Assembly: GCA_013239625.1 (NCBI GenBank)
Contig: MU054541.1
Span: 5,747,530 to 5,811,529 of the forward strand
Length of the DNA stretch: 64,000 nucleotides
Origin: Lama guanicoe
Lineage: Eukaryota
Reading direction: 5' to 3'
The position numbers and the translations under genes are program-made. The notes below the pieces were generated by a model that did not search any database, was not told the DNA's origin, and saw only the letters and a list, made by a program, of their open reading frames with translations. Below are positions 51,569 to 64,000 of this stretch, one piece after another; position 1 is the first letter of the stretch, and every line of letters begins with the position of its first letter.

Positions 51569-53937
51569 CTCTGAACTCTAGGCAGGCATGCAGAAATGAA
51601 AGTCCCCACAGAGATTCAACCCCAAGAGATCAGTCTCATGAGAATGGGGAGGGGAGGCAGGAGGAGAATAGGTATTCTCAGGAGAAAAAGGTAGTGAGTG
51701 CCACTAACTGAAAGTTAAAGTTGATCCCCAGGATCTCGGATGCTTCTAGACGCAGGTGCTGGGGTTCTGAGGTCAGAGAAAGACCAGCAGCCCACATGTC
51801 TTGAAGCTGAGTTGGCGACCTACTAACCTAGGGTTTCTCATCCCTAGCTCAACCATGGGAGGGAAAGAAGGTGATGAGGGAGGAAGCATTTAAAACCAAA
51901 ATCTAGACTGACCCTGAGTATCTGTTTTGCATTTTATCATTCCTGGTACAATGCTGTACACTAAAATGGACATTTAATAAAATGTAGACAAACACTTCTT
52001 GGCCTCAGTACACAGTTACATCACAATGTCTCAAGCGTGTTCTAAATAACATCTCATATTGAAGCCAATATCCTGTTTACTCCAGTTTAGACTATGATGC
52101 CTGCACATTACCTAAGAATAAAGCCTTTGTTGGATGCTGTTGAATTAAATTATTGGTACAACTCAAGATTGTATCTCTCCCAATTCAAAACCCTTTTAAC
52201 ACACCCAAAGCATCTGGGTTTGGAAATGTATAATGGTTCAAAGACATTCAAATAAATCAACAACCTATGCTGAGCAGTAAATTGTTTCCTGGTATGACAT
52301 GATCCTAAAACTTCCTTCTTACAAAATCCCTTTCAGAAACCTTCACTTTTCACAATATACTATTTCTAGGGACGGAAACCACCTTCATACTGCTTTCCCA
52401 ATCACACAGGACATCAGAGGACTGACAGGAAAACCTGGTACCAGATGACTCAACAGAAGCCCCAAATCAAACAAAAAGCCATAAGTATGGTTCAAAAGGG
52501 AGCTTGGTTTTACATTTCTCATCTTTAAGCTTCTCTTATTTGAGGAAGCCTCTCTTGCCTTGTACCCCAGGCTGCTGTGATGCTCAGCCTCTCTGCTCCC
52601 ACAGCACCTTGAAGCTCAGCTGTCACAGAACTCTTCAAACTGGGTGCAAGGGTGCATTCTTGGGAGCCCATGAGTTCTCCCCAGCAAGGTTTTATTTTAT
52701 TCCTATTATATTTATTTAATGATATTACTAAAAGCAAGGAACACCCATTTCCGCTCAGTTCCGATGCTCACACTTGTGTTTGTGGTACAGCCCTACTTTG
52801 CCAAGCAGGAATACTGTCACTGTCACAGGCAGATGAGAGACAATGGAAGCATCTGGGCCAAGCTGAAAGCTGTGCAAATCAAGAATCTTAGTGATTCCAA
52901 CACAGAAAGGTGGCAAGATCACTGAGTTACCGCTTGTTCACTGTTAAACTCAGAGCCTGTTAAAAGTGATTTAGTGGAAACTAAACACCAGCTATTATAT
53001 TCATGTTGACTTTAATTTTTTGCTATGTAATTTTGGTTAATATTCAGCGTATGCATTTATCCTGACATTCTTGTTGTTTAAGAGATGTAAGTCTAAATGT
53101 GCTTATGCCTGGTAGTATGTTTGCAGTTTAAGTGAGACTAAAATAAAAATAATTGTAAAATACTTCAGTATTGGGGTCCCAATTATTTTCCCCTTCAAAA
53201 GGAATCCCAATAAATCCATCAAAAGGAAGAGAACATTGATTCTCATGGCAGTAGGGATGGTATGGCATTTGCCTTTGAGGACAGATCAGAGTTTCAGGCC
53301 CTTCAAAGAGAATTTTATGATCTATTCAACCGCTCTCTCTCCCTCAATTCTCCAAAAGACTTGGATTTTCCTCCCAACTTGCCAATATTCCCAGCAAGAC
53401 CTTAGGTAACACCAGATGTTAACAACTGAAGTATGTTGTTCATGGAAATAATGCTGCGATTTTCACCCTACATTGCAGAAGGCTGTGGATCTGCTTGTCT
53501 CCCCAGGAGCCCAGGAGTTTCTTCAAGGTCTGAATCATATTTTATTCCTCTTCACAACCTCTAGAAACATCTGTCACAAGATCTGGCACATGGTAGCACT
53601 CACACTTCTCCTTTGTTGTACTTACTATAATTTGGATTTTAAAATCAGGTGTATATAATTATGTACCCCACCAGCACCATAAAATCTCACTCTCTCCACT
53701 CATTCCGCCTGTCAACGTTACCAGAAATTTTGACCTTTAGGTTTCTTTGATGAAAACCTTGTCTCCAGAATGCTTCTGTCATCATTCACAAGAAATTATT
53801 GTGAATGCAGGGGGATAATAATACAGGTTCGTGGTTCCCAAGGAGGGGGAAGAGCCCTAAAAAAAAGGATCTACGACAAATATGTTTTTACAGACAAAAA
53901 AACACTGGTAATGATGGACGCTGTTGGAAAGGGCAGC

Positions 53938-54745
53938 TGTGATATTGCGATTTATAATAAGAAAAGCATATTTGGTCTTTGTACTTTTTCTAGCACAGAG
54001 CTTCTAAAACCCTTAGAATTTCCTTCGTGGTGAGAGAGATGATTATCTCTTGTTATGTTAATGAGGTGACCTTTGGAATGCCCCCTGGGTCACCTAAGGA
54101 TGAGGGCTGGTTGCCAGGGGAACCAATGCTATGATTAGAGGGTTGGAACTGGCAAGTCACACCCCTCAATTTCCAGGAAGGGGAGAGGGGCTGGAGGTTG
54201 AATTGATCACCAATGGTCAATGGTTTAATCAGTCATGGTTATGTAATGAAGCCTCCATAAAAACCCCAAAATGATGGGGTTCAGAAAGGTTCCTGGTTGG
54301 TGGACACATGGAGATGTGGGGGGAGTGGTGAGCTGGGGAGGGCATGGAAACTCCCATGCCCTTTCCCATACCTTGCCCTATGCATCTTTTCCACCTGGCT
54401 ATTCCTGAGTTACGTTCTTTTATAACCAACCAGTAATCTAGTAAGTAAAATGTTTCTCAGTTCTGTGAGCTGCTCTAGCAAATTAATCACATCCAAGGAG
54501 GAGATGGTAGGAACCTCTGATTTATAGCCAAGCAGTCAGCAGTACAGTTAACAACCCGGGCTTGAGACTGATGTCTGAATTGGGCAGGTGTGTATGTTGC
54601 AGGGGTTGGCGGTGAGGAGTTTTCTGGTACAACTGAACCCTTAACCTGTGGAATATGACACTATCTCTAGGACTCTGCTGGTATCTGAGAATTGCTTCGT
54701 GGTGCGTGAGGAAGGCCATCACATACACACACATTGGAATAGGGT
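53938..54745 (+). mobile_element. ERVL-class LTR (MER21C-like)
   Basis: tgtgatattgcgatttataataagaa...gattagagggttggaact...gtaatgaagcctccataaaaacc...gttctgtgagctgctctagcaaattaatc. Confidence 0.8.
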
Positions 54746-54864
54746 ACAGGAGCCCAAAAGAGCAGCCTCAAGGAGAAGCCCTGGGTAGAAGAAAGATGTT
54801 TCAACAGGAAGGTAGTGAACTTCAAAGACAACACTCACCAGCCTTACTACTCAAATACCTTACT

Positions 54865-55165
54865 GACAATGCTTCTCAAATTTTAATGTTCATTTAAATC
54901 ATTCAAGGATCCCATTAAAATTCAGATTTTGATTCAGAAGACGTGGGGTGGGGTCTGAGATTCTGCCCTCCTCATAAGCTCCCAGATCTTACTGATGCAG
55001 CTGGCAGACAGAAAACACTTTTGAGTAACAAGGTCTAGCACAAAGGCTCTCTATGTTGGATATTTAATAGAATCATCTGGGGAGCTTTCCACAGTCCAAT
55101 GCCCAGGCTACACCACAGACCAATCAATTCCAAAATTTCAGAGGGAAGGACTGGGCATCAGTATT
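54865..55165. mobile_element. Two adjacent MER5-like MITEs; the second is cut by the L1 at 55165
   Basis: cttctcaaatttt...ggggtggggtctgagattctgc...cacttttgagtaacaag, then agaatcatctggggagcttt...cccaggctacaccacagaccaatcaattc. Confidence 0.7.
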
Positions 55166-56850
55166 TAATATTATATATATATATGTATATATATTTTATT
55201 GACATATGTATCTTATAATTTGCTCATGTAATGGCTTTTATTCAATGGCTTTTAATGTAATCACAGAATTGTGCAACGATCACACATCGATTTTAGAACA
55301 TGTCATAATCCCAAAAGAAACCCCATGTCAATTAGTAGTTATTTCCCATTTCCCCCCAAATCCTCCCACCCTCGCCCCAGGTTTAGGCAACCACCAGTCT
55401 ACTTTCTGTCTCTATGGATTTGCCTATTCTGGATATTTCACATAAATTGAATCATGCAATACGTGGTCCTCTGCAACTGGCTTCTTTCAATAGCAGATAC
55501 ATGTTTTCATTTTTCTTAGGTATATACTCAGGAGTGGATGTGATCTATGATAACTCTACATTTGTCTTTTGAAGAACTGCTAGACTAGTTTCCTAAGCAG
55601 CTGCATCATTTTACATTCCCACCAGCAGTGTGAGGGTTCCAGTTTTCTTCAAGTCCTTACNNNNNNNNNNNNNNNNNNNNNNNNNNNNNNNNNNNNNNNN
55701 NNNNNNNNNNNNNNNNNNNNNNNNNNNNNNNNNNNNNNNNNNNNNNNNNNNNNNNNNNNNNNNNNNNNNNNNNNNNNNNNNNNNNNNNNNNNNNNNNNNN
55801 NNNNNNNNNNNNNNNNNNNNNNNNNNNNNNNNNNNNNNNNNNNNNNNNNNNNNNNNNNNNNNNNNNNNNNNNNNNNNNNNNNNNNNNNNNNNNNNNNNAT
55901 GCCCCTTATCAGATATGATTTGCAATTTCTTTCTCCCATTCTGTGGATTATCTTTTCACTTTCTTGGTGGTGTCCACTGAAGTATAAAGGTATTTAATTT
56001 TGATGGAGTCTGATTTTTTTCTTTTGTTCATGCTTTGCCTAACCCAAGGTCATTAAATTTTTTCTATTTCCTATATTTTCTTCTAAGAGCTTTTTAGTTT
56101 TAGCTCTTATAGTTAGGTCTACACCCCATTTTGAGTTAATGTTTGCCAGTGGCATGAGGAAGCAGTCCAACTTCATTCTTTTACAAATAGATAACCAGTT
56201 GTCCAAGCACCATTTGCTGAAAAACTGCTCTGTCCCCCTGAATTGCTTTGGAACCTTGATGAAAATCAACTGACAATAAACATGAGAATTTATTTCTGGA
56301 CTTCCAATTTTGTTCCATTGATCTATCTCTCTATCCTTTCAATGGTATCACACAGTTTTGATTATGGTAACACTGTAGTTAGTTTGCAAGGAGTAAGAGA
56401 GTTCTCCAAATTCGTGCTTCTTTTTCAAGATTGTTTTGTCTATGTCAGGCCCATCAAATTTTTTCCATATGAATTTTAAGATCAGCTTGTCAATTTTGGC
56501 AGAGGATAATTGGGATTTTGATGGGAGTTGTGTTGAATTTGTAGTTGCATTTGGGGAATACTGTCATTTTAATAATATTAAGTCATAATCCATGAACATG
56601 GGATATCTTTCTATTTAGTCATCTTGAATTTCTTTCAACATGCTGTAGTTGACAGAGTATAAACTTTGTACTTCTTTTGTTAAATTTATTCCCAAGTATT
56701 TCATTCCTTTTGATATTATTATAAATGGAATTGCTGTCTTTAATGTCATTATGATATTGTTCTTTGCTAGTGGATATAAATACAATTGACTTTTGTGTTT
56801 CATATTCTGAAACCTTGCTGAACTGGCATTAGTTATTTTTAAACTCTCCA
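55165..56850 (-). mobile_element. Degenerate L1 (L1MA/MB-like) 3' UTR and ORF2 3' portion, partly N
   Basis: ttacattcccaccagcagtgtgagggttcc, and ORF-track fragments KYLGINLTKEVQSLY (56615..56941) and KWCLDNWLSICKRMKLD (56039..56269), are L1 ORF2 motifs with stops and frameshifts. Confidence 0.92.
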
Positions 56851-59344
56851 AGTGATTACAATGTGCAATCAAGTCAGACTTACCAGGTTCAATACCACCC
56901 ATGCCCTCAAGTTTAATCAAGGAAGGTATGTCCATCGTCAATGCCTTTACGTCATTTTGGAAAATTCAGAGGCATGACCTCTACAGGAACGAAGGACCAT
57001 TTTCTAACCAACATCTTCATACAGAATGCGTGCATCAGCTAGTTCCAGAAGAAACAGTAAAGGAAGCTTAAAGGGCAAATTATAGAAGCAAAATTTAAAC
57101 ATACATTAGAATTTAAAGTATCTTTAAATATTTTCTCCCAAAATAGTGCTGTTACTTTTTCTGGAAAAAGGTACTAACATCCACCTTGTAAGTCTGAGAA
57201 CAGTCATTCGATACGGGAGATTAAATCTGGGCCCCAATAAAAGTACCTCCTGTTCCCACCAAGCAAGAGTGATCAAATGCTTCTATCTTTATCTCAAGTG
57301 ATCATGAAACAACCAAATTAAGATAACTGGTGACAGAAATGGCTCTGAAGAGAAATCCCCTGGAAATGTTGCAGTCTGTCCAGTTCTTACAATGAAGCCA
57401 ATTAAATCTGCTAAACTGGAAGAACATTTCAGAGCAGGGAGCAGGCACTAGGGTCATAAGGTCTCCTTCCAACATGAGTAACTCAGTAACTCTTCAGCTG
57501 ACCTTTCCGAGGCTTTCCCTTTTGTCCCGCCTGCATTGCCTTTCTTAGCAGAGGGAGGCCCCAATTCTGATACCAGTTCCAAGGAGATCCATGTGTGCCA
57601 GGTGCTATCTCATGACACAGTATACCCAGAAAAGCAACCGAAGTTTCCAAGAGAAAAAAAAATAAAAAACAAGAAGTCTTGCCAAGTTTACATCCTTCCA
57701 TTTCCTCCAAGGAAACATTAGACCTCAGAATTGCCAGCCCTCAGCTGGCCCCAAGGCCTCAGCCAACAGGCCCAGGACAGGCAGTGAAGATAAGCACAGC
57801 CCAGATTAAACATCAGTAGATTCCACTGAACTCATTTATCACTTTCCTCCTCTCCTCCTGTGCCCCTAAAGAGTCCCTATTTGAACTCTCAAGCAGTCCT
57901 TCTGACTCTCTCAAAATATACATAAGGGCTCAGCAACACAGAAAGAAACAAATCCCAAATTAATAAAGGGTCAAGAAACTCCTTCTGCCAAGATGCAAGG
58001 CTATGCAAGTGATTTACATAAAATATAACCGTTCAACCAATCTAAGCAAACAACTGGAGAATGAAGTACTTACACTCTACTAGAGCATTCACAGTGAGTA
58101 TTAAAACCATACAAGGGACAAAAGGCTAAATGGACAGATAGACGTGTAATGAAGCAAGTCAGAGTAAAGAGTTAATGTTGGAATCTAAGAGGTGGTGGGA
58201 ACACAGATATTCATTGTTAAAATGTTTTCATCTTTGTTGTATGTTTGAAAAGTTTCATACCAAACTGTTGTATATTTTTTAAACTAAAAATCAAAAAGAA
58301 AAAGTATACCGTTCATTAAATCTCAGATTTTACTGTTCCTTAAAGCGGGAGTCATGTGTGTTATTTTATATAAAACCCCAGTATCTGTATTAGTATTTAA
58401 ACCAGAGTTTGAATAAATTATAGTGAAATAAAACCTTAATAATTAAAACTAACAGGAGCCATATTGAAGAATAATTACCTAAATTTTTGAAATTTTAAAA
58501 GAATATTTACACCAGATAAATGGAAAATGAAACTAACTCACTGTCGATTCCATTTTTCTCTACAGGATATAACCTATAAAGTCGGCATGTAAAATAGCTC
58601 ACATCAATGACCTGAAAGTCAGACAACAATGATGCTGTTAGTTTCCTCAAGAGGATGCTCCTTCTCTGCATGGAGTGATGGTTAGGAACTAAGTGCCATT
58701 GGTTTGGTACAGACCTAAGCCTTAAGCAAACTTCCTCTTTGATTACATTTACAAAAGAGAATTTATTAGATTTAAGACTGGTAAAGTTGGACAATGACCC
58801 ATGGTAACTAAATTGAATATGAGCAATCCTGTTTTATTCAAAATTAACTCAAAATGACTTTATTCAATTATCCATAGCAATACCAGAATACCTTTCTACT
58901 TTTAAATTAGGTGGTAACAAAACTGCAACTATTCTCACCCCATAATTTTCCCACAAGACTCTCTTCTGCCAAAATGTGAACCTTCTTGACATTTCCTAAA
59001 AAGCAAGTTTCCAGAAATCAGGGAGGTTTTATGTGCTGCTTTCCTTTTTTTTTTTTTTAATTGCCGTAATTTGAACCAGTCTTCCTTTCCTTTCTCTTAG
59101 TAAATCTGTAGGTCTACATATCCCAGGTGCTATGGATGCTCTTGTTAAACTCTGACCACCACTTTCCAAATGTTTTGCATTAGCACTGTATTCCAGCAAA
59201 TTACACTATCAAAGCAAAGATCATAAGTCAAAGCCATATGACCACTTGTTTCAGAAATGTGTGTTAGTGGTCACAAAAGAGACAGAAAAGGGCATACTAT
59301 TCCAAAGCACATGATAATGAGCAATTCATATGTGCTTCACCCAT

Positions 59345-59542
59345 AGCGTGAGTGCTCTGCAAATACCTTGGACCAGTGCATCAGAATCCCTGGGAGGAGG
59401 AACTGAAACATAGATCACTGGGCCCCATGCCCAGAGTTTCTGATTGAGTAAGTCTAGGGTGGGGCTCAAGAATTCATAATTCTAACAGGTTCACAGCTGC
59501 TGCTGATGCTGCTGGTTTGAGGACCACACTTTGAGAGCCATT
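59345..59542. mobile_element. MER5A MITE
   Basis: gcatcagaatccctgggagg...gggccccatgcccagagtttctgattgagtaagtctagggtgggg...ggaccacactttgagagcca. Confidence 0.8.
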
Positions 59543-60854
59543 AGCCTAGAACTAAAATATTCATTACACGAGAGGCAGGAGAAAGTAGGAGATGATGGGA
59601 CCAAGAATATTTGTCAGGCCCCTATGATCACTGTGATATACGTCTTAAAATTATCACATTCAATCTTCACAGCAACACCGAGACTGGTATTATCCATCTC
59701 ACACCAAGCAGTTCAGTTACTTACCCTAAGTTCCCATGACTGGGAAATATAAGAGTGGAGATTTAAACCAAGGTCTAATGGAGACACAGCCCTTCCTGGC
59801 TGCCCCACTACATCACCATGATTTCTGTGTTATGAGAAAGAAAGCATAAGAAAATACCGTAATCTTTACAACTTGAAAACACTACTTTTGTTCTTCCTGA
59901 AGGTGACTCACCCTGTAAACCATAAAGTTTTTCAAAGACTAGAGATCATTCCATATTAAAACGCTCTGGTTTGCACAAAGTACCCAGGAAAAGCAGATAT
60001 TACAGCTATAAAAGGTTTTTTTCCAGTTGCAGTAAAGATCTCTGTGCCTTAGAGTACCCCATTCATTAATTACCCTCAGCACACAGGAATCACTTGGAAA
60101 CTGGCAGGCTGAGGTCTTCTTGGGAACACCAGTAACTCCACAGCATGATGTACAAGGAGGCTGGAAGACCACCAGTATTTGAACTAGGAAGTCTGGGCTT
60201 GAACCCTGAATTCAGTTTCTCCATTTCAATATACACTAAGTATACTGGGAACGTCCAAGTGTGTAAATCAGACTTCTTAATCCCCCAGCCCTCAGTTTCC
60301 TCAAATAACTTGCCCAAAGTCACAGCAAACTCCTCAATCCTTTCAACCTGGGGCTATGGCCACCAGTGTGTTCCGATTACACATATACCCTGCAGTCTCT
60401 AGAGCTCCTTGAATTTTTTAAATCATTTTCTACTTACATCTTCCTTAGACTAACCTTTTACGTACATAGGAACCAGTTGTCATTTTGTATTATATAGGCC
60501 ATTGTCCAGCTTTAGAAACTTTTAGGATCACAAACACCTAATATGGGCCTCATCCATTGTTCATGCTAACAAATAAAATTTAGGGAGCATGTACTATGTG
60601 CTAGGCAGTACATTATGTATTTTCACAGAGGTTGTTCTTATCTCATCCAAACTACCCTATGGTCCAGAAATTAAGAGAGTGGATATTGGGCAAGCAACTT
60701 AATTCTGCACTGGTTTCTTTATCTGTAATCTGGAGGGTAAGAGTAAATGGGGGAAAAATATATATATGTGTGTGTATGTGTGTAAAATATATATAATGTA
60801 TTACATAAGAGGTACTCAAATGCTCTCGCTTGTCCTTCCTTGATTTTTTAATAG

Positions 60855-61678
60855 GAAAATANNNNNNNNNNNNNNNNNNNNNNNNNNNNNNNNNNNNNNN
60901 NNNNNNNNNNNNNNNNNNNNNNNNNNNNNNNNNNNNNNNNNNNNNNNNNNNNNNNNNNNNNNNNNNNNNNNNNNNNNNNNNNNNNNNNNNNNNNNNNNNN
61001 NNNNNNNNTGGGTCTATATCAGAAAAAAACAAGAACACTAATTCAAAAACANNNNNNNNNNNNNNNNNNNNNNNNNNNNNNNNNNNNNNNNNNNNNNNNN
61101 NNNNNNNNNNNNNNNNNNNNNNNNNNNNNNNNNNNNNNNNNNNNNNNNNNNNNNNNNNNNNNNNNNNNNNNNNNNNNNNNNNNNNNNNNNNNNNNNNNNN
61201 NNNNNNNNNNNNNNNNNNNNNNNNNNNNNNNNNNNNNNNNNNNNNTGCCATTTATACCAACATGATGGACCTGGTAGGCATGATGCTAAATGAAGTAAGT
61301 CAGAGAAAGATAAATATTGTATGATATTAATTATGAGTGGAATCTAAAAAATACAACAAACTAGTGAATATAACAAAAAAGAAGCAGACTCACAGATTTA
61401 GAGAACTAGTGGTTACCAATGGGGAGAGAGAAGTGGGGGATGTGGGGGGAGGGGAGTAGGAGGTACAAACTATTAAGGATAAAATAAGCTACAAGGATAT
61501 ATTGTACAACACAGGGAATAAAACCAGTATTTTATAATAACTACAAATGGAGTATGTAGTTATTATAATTTTTAAAGTTTAAAAATTAAAAATTATGACT
61601 TTAAAAATTATGACTCACTATACTGTACACTTGAACTTATGTAATATTTTACAGCAACTACAGTTTAAAAAAAAAAAG
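60855..61678 (+). mobile_element. L1 3' end, partly N, with poly(A) tail
   Basis: ORF2 C-terminal MDLVGMMLNEVSQRK, a 3' UTR homologous to the 36488 copy, and an A tail at 61667-61677. Confidence 0.88.
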
Positions 61679-62863
61679 ACAGGGTCAACGAGACTGAATT
61701 AAAACCCTCCATTCCTGTGGCTAATAACTCACAAACACTTTCCAGAAGAGTCAAACCAAAAGCACCTTCTTACTGGAGGTGGGAAATAATTCAAAACCAT
61801 TGAGGCTTTCGGTTAACACAGAGCTATTTATTTCCATGGAAATGGAGTGCAGAATATGTCCAGTCTGATTCCAAGAGGTTCCATGCATATCTGAAATCCA
61901 CAGCATAACCAATCTTTGATTAATTTAACTGTTCAGAAAATGAATTTTCCAGTTAACTCACAACCTTTTTGGCTGCCACTTACCTAAGTTTTTAAAAATT
62001 TCTTTTCCTACTTAGTAACATCGTGTCCTTGAAAATAGTTTTCTTGTGTGTGTGAGATAACACACCTCCCACCATCGTAATTTTTATAACCTTCTTTGTG
62101 AAAAAGAAATTAAATCTTGTTTCATACTATAGAACAAACCTGCTACCCTGATACCATGTATTTTTCTAAGAGAAAGTAGAAAAGCTTGAAGTACTTGTTC
62201 AACCAGTGATCAAAGTCAAGACTGGAGTTTTTGCAAATAAAGCTTATTCCAAAAGAATTGTGGCAACCAAAGCAAAGGAGGGGGGAACAAATTTATTAAT
62301 ATTCCCACTGGACAGAGTGCTGTGTGAATTTTTAATGGGTAACCTTGTCCTCTGACAGAAAGATAACCTTCATTCAAATAATACAGGGCTAATTAGTAGA
62401 ATAAAAATTAAGATTTCAATCAATTTTATTCTAGCAAACAGAACAAGTATTAACAGGTAGAGTTTATATAGAAACAGGTTTCACATCAATGTAGAAAAAG
62501 AAGATAGTTTAGAATTAGAATTTCCAATAAGTGAATAGCCGGAATTACGGTATGCCCCAATCCTGGAGGTTTTCAAGTAAAATAATCACATCAAAAGCAG
62601 TAGAGCTACACATGCCAGCTGTATTCTGGTCACTGCACTACATACTTTATCTAGATTATCAACCATAATCTTCTCTCTGACCTTATGAGATGATATATTA
62701 TATGAAAATGAAGACTTAGACTACCCAAAGACAGTAATGGCTACCATCTACTGGTCCAAGCCACTACCATCTCTGGCCTGGATTATCATACTTACCTTCT
62801 AATTAGTTCCTTGCTTTCACCCCTGCCCCTGTAGTTCATCCTCTATGCAGCAGGCAGGGTGAC

Positions 62864-62972
62864 TGTGATGGTTAATTTTATGTGTCAACTTGACCAGGTC
62901 ATGGGACGCCCAGATATTTGGTTAAACATTATTCCTAGGTGTGTCTGTAAAAGCGTTTCCAGATGAGTTAGA
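62864..62972 (+). mobile_element. MLT2 LTR 5' fragment nested in L2
   Basis: tgtgatggttaattttatgtgtcaacttgacc...cccagatatttggttaaacattattc is the characteristic MLT2 start. Confidence 0.8.
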
Positions 62973-63106
62973 ACAGAGATTAGATGCGAACATATCAAGC
63001 ACATTCCCAGCTTAGGACCTCCACACTGCTTCCCTCTACTTAAAAAATTCTTCTCCCAGACATCTGCACAGTTCGTTTGCCACATCCTTCAGATCAATGC
63101 TTAAAC

Positions 63107-63255
63107 ACAGCCATGCCTCAGTATTCTTGGGGGATTGGTTCCAGGACCTCCAGTGGATCACAGAGTCTACGGATGCTCCCTTATATAATGTGGCATAGCA
63201 CAGTTGGTCCTCCGTATTCCTAGGTTCTGCATCCACAGACACAGAGGGCTGACTC
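63107..63255. mobile_element. Tigger-derived MITE (MER2/MER8-like), internally deleted
   Basis: gggggattggttccaggacc...cggatgctcccttatataatgtggcatag...cacagagggctgact. Confidence 0.7.
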
Positions 63256-64000
63256 TCACACTTTGTCAGTAAGACTTCCCTGATTGACAAACATTAAGTA
63301 GAAGCCTCCTCACCCTGCTTTGTTTTCCCTCAGGGTGCAAAGCATCATCTGATTTCAGTATTTACTTGTTAGTGTCTACCGACAAACATTAAGTAGAAGC
63401 CTCCTCTCCCGCAGCATTCCCCATCTCCTCACCCTGCTTTGTTTTTCCTCAGGGTGCAAAGCATCATCTGATTTCAGTATTTACTTGTTAGTGTCTGTAT
63501 CTTGCACTAAAATGTGACCGATCTGAAAACCAGACCTTGATCTGATGCTTCACTACTACATTTTCACCATCAGAACTGTGTATGGCACAATAAATCTTTG
63601 TTGAATAAAGGAAGCCCAACCAGATTTGAAACCTGTTCTCTTAAATGTCAAGCCATACTGGCAACTAGGAGCAGAACTTCTTTCATTAGGAGGGTAGGGG
63701 GTCTAGAAGACCTAAGATCCCTTCCAATTCTAGGACTATGAGGCCACGACACTGTCATTAGGCCCCAAGAGTATGCCTCTCTTTTGCTGCTGTTTCATCT
63801 GGCCACATTTTACCACTTTCCTTGAATAAGTAAGTGGTAAGCATTAGGCAATGGATGAGATCATAGGTCCAGGAAGCCAGCTCCTCCTTGAGTCATCTCT
63901 AATCCATTTCTCATGCTGGTACAGTTTGCTCTCATTTCTCAGATGCTATCTGACCTGCAACCGTTGTCAGTGGAAAAACATAGAATCAAAATGTGTGTTT

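Larger units (their letters stand above)
62730..63610 (+). mobile_element. L2 3' region interrupted by MLT2, a Tigger MITE and a local duplication
   Basis: ctggtccaagccactaccatctctggcctggattatc...; ends in tggcacaataaatctttgttgaataaa. Confidence 0.65.

Noticed and set aside
52860-52885. Possible end of RNF144B exon 2 (minus strand TGC ACA GCT, CTA-like)
   Set aside because: No GT donor follows and the upstream codons do not encode the RING1 CxxC. The start-codon exon must lie outside the window.
36488-61678. Apparent excess of sense-oriented L1 in introns
   Set aside because: Once the antisense copies (43.6 and 60.9 kb, plus older fragments near 48.3 and 58.1 kb) are counted, the orientations are mixed and the numbers too small.
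42-63290. The many 60-140 aa ORFs in the supplied track
   Set aside because: They have no recognisable domains, many start at non-ATG codons, and many sit in repeats. Only 25009..25206 and 21461..21649 contain real exon frames.
1-64000. A novel multi-gene system, CRISPR array, operon or phage-like cassette
   Set aside because: The DNA is mammalian intron/intergenic sequence with one known gene. There are no regularly spaced repeat-spacer arrays and no long unexplained ORFs.

Overview
Mammalian (almost certainly camelid, from three tRNA-Ala-derived Vic-1-type SINEs) genomic DNA. It carries the 3' part of RNF144B, an RBR-type E3 ubiquitin ligase, on the minus strand. Six coding exons (46939-46835, 36399-36339, 27370-27166, 25252-25108, 21559-21470, 20306-20166) splice in frame through GT-AG introns. 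They give 747 nt = 248 aa + stop: end of RING1, IBR, RING2/Rcat, a C-terminal transmembrane helix and a basic tail. A ~3.5 kb 3' UTR follows, with a likely poly(A) signal at 16651-16656. The start-codon exon lies beyond the right edge of the window. The rest is intron or intergenic DNA filled with ordinary interspersed repeats (L1, L2, L3, MIR, MaLR/ERVL LTRs, hAT and Tigger MITEs), microsatellites and five N-runs. Nearly all short ORFs in the supplied track are noise. I found no evidence of a new multi-gene biological system. The most interesting points are small-scale: a rare GAG splice acceptor, possible routes to transmembrane-less isoforms, Pumilio sites in the UTR, several template-switch/duplication scars (some perhaps assembly artefacts), and N-runs that look length-preserving. 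Repeat family names come from recalled consensus sequences, not a database search, and repeat boundaries are approximate.
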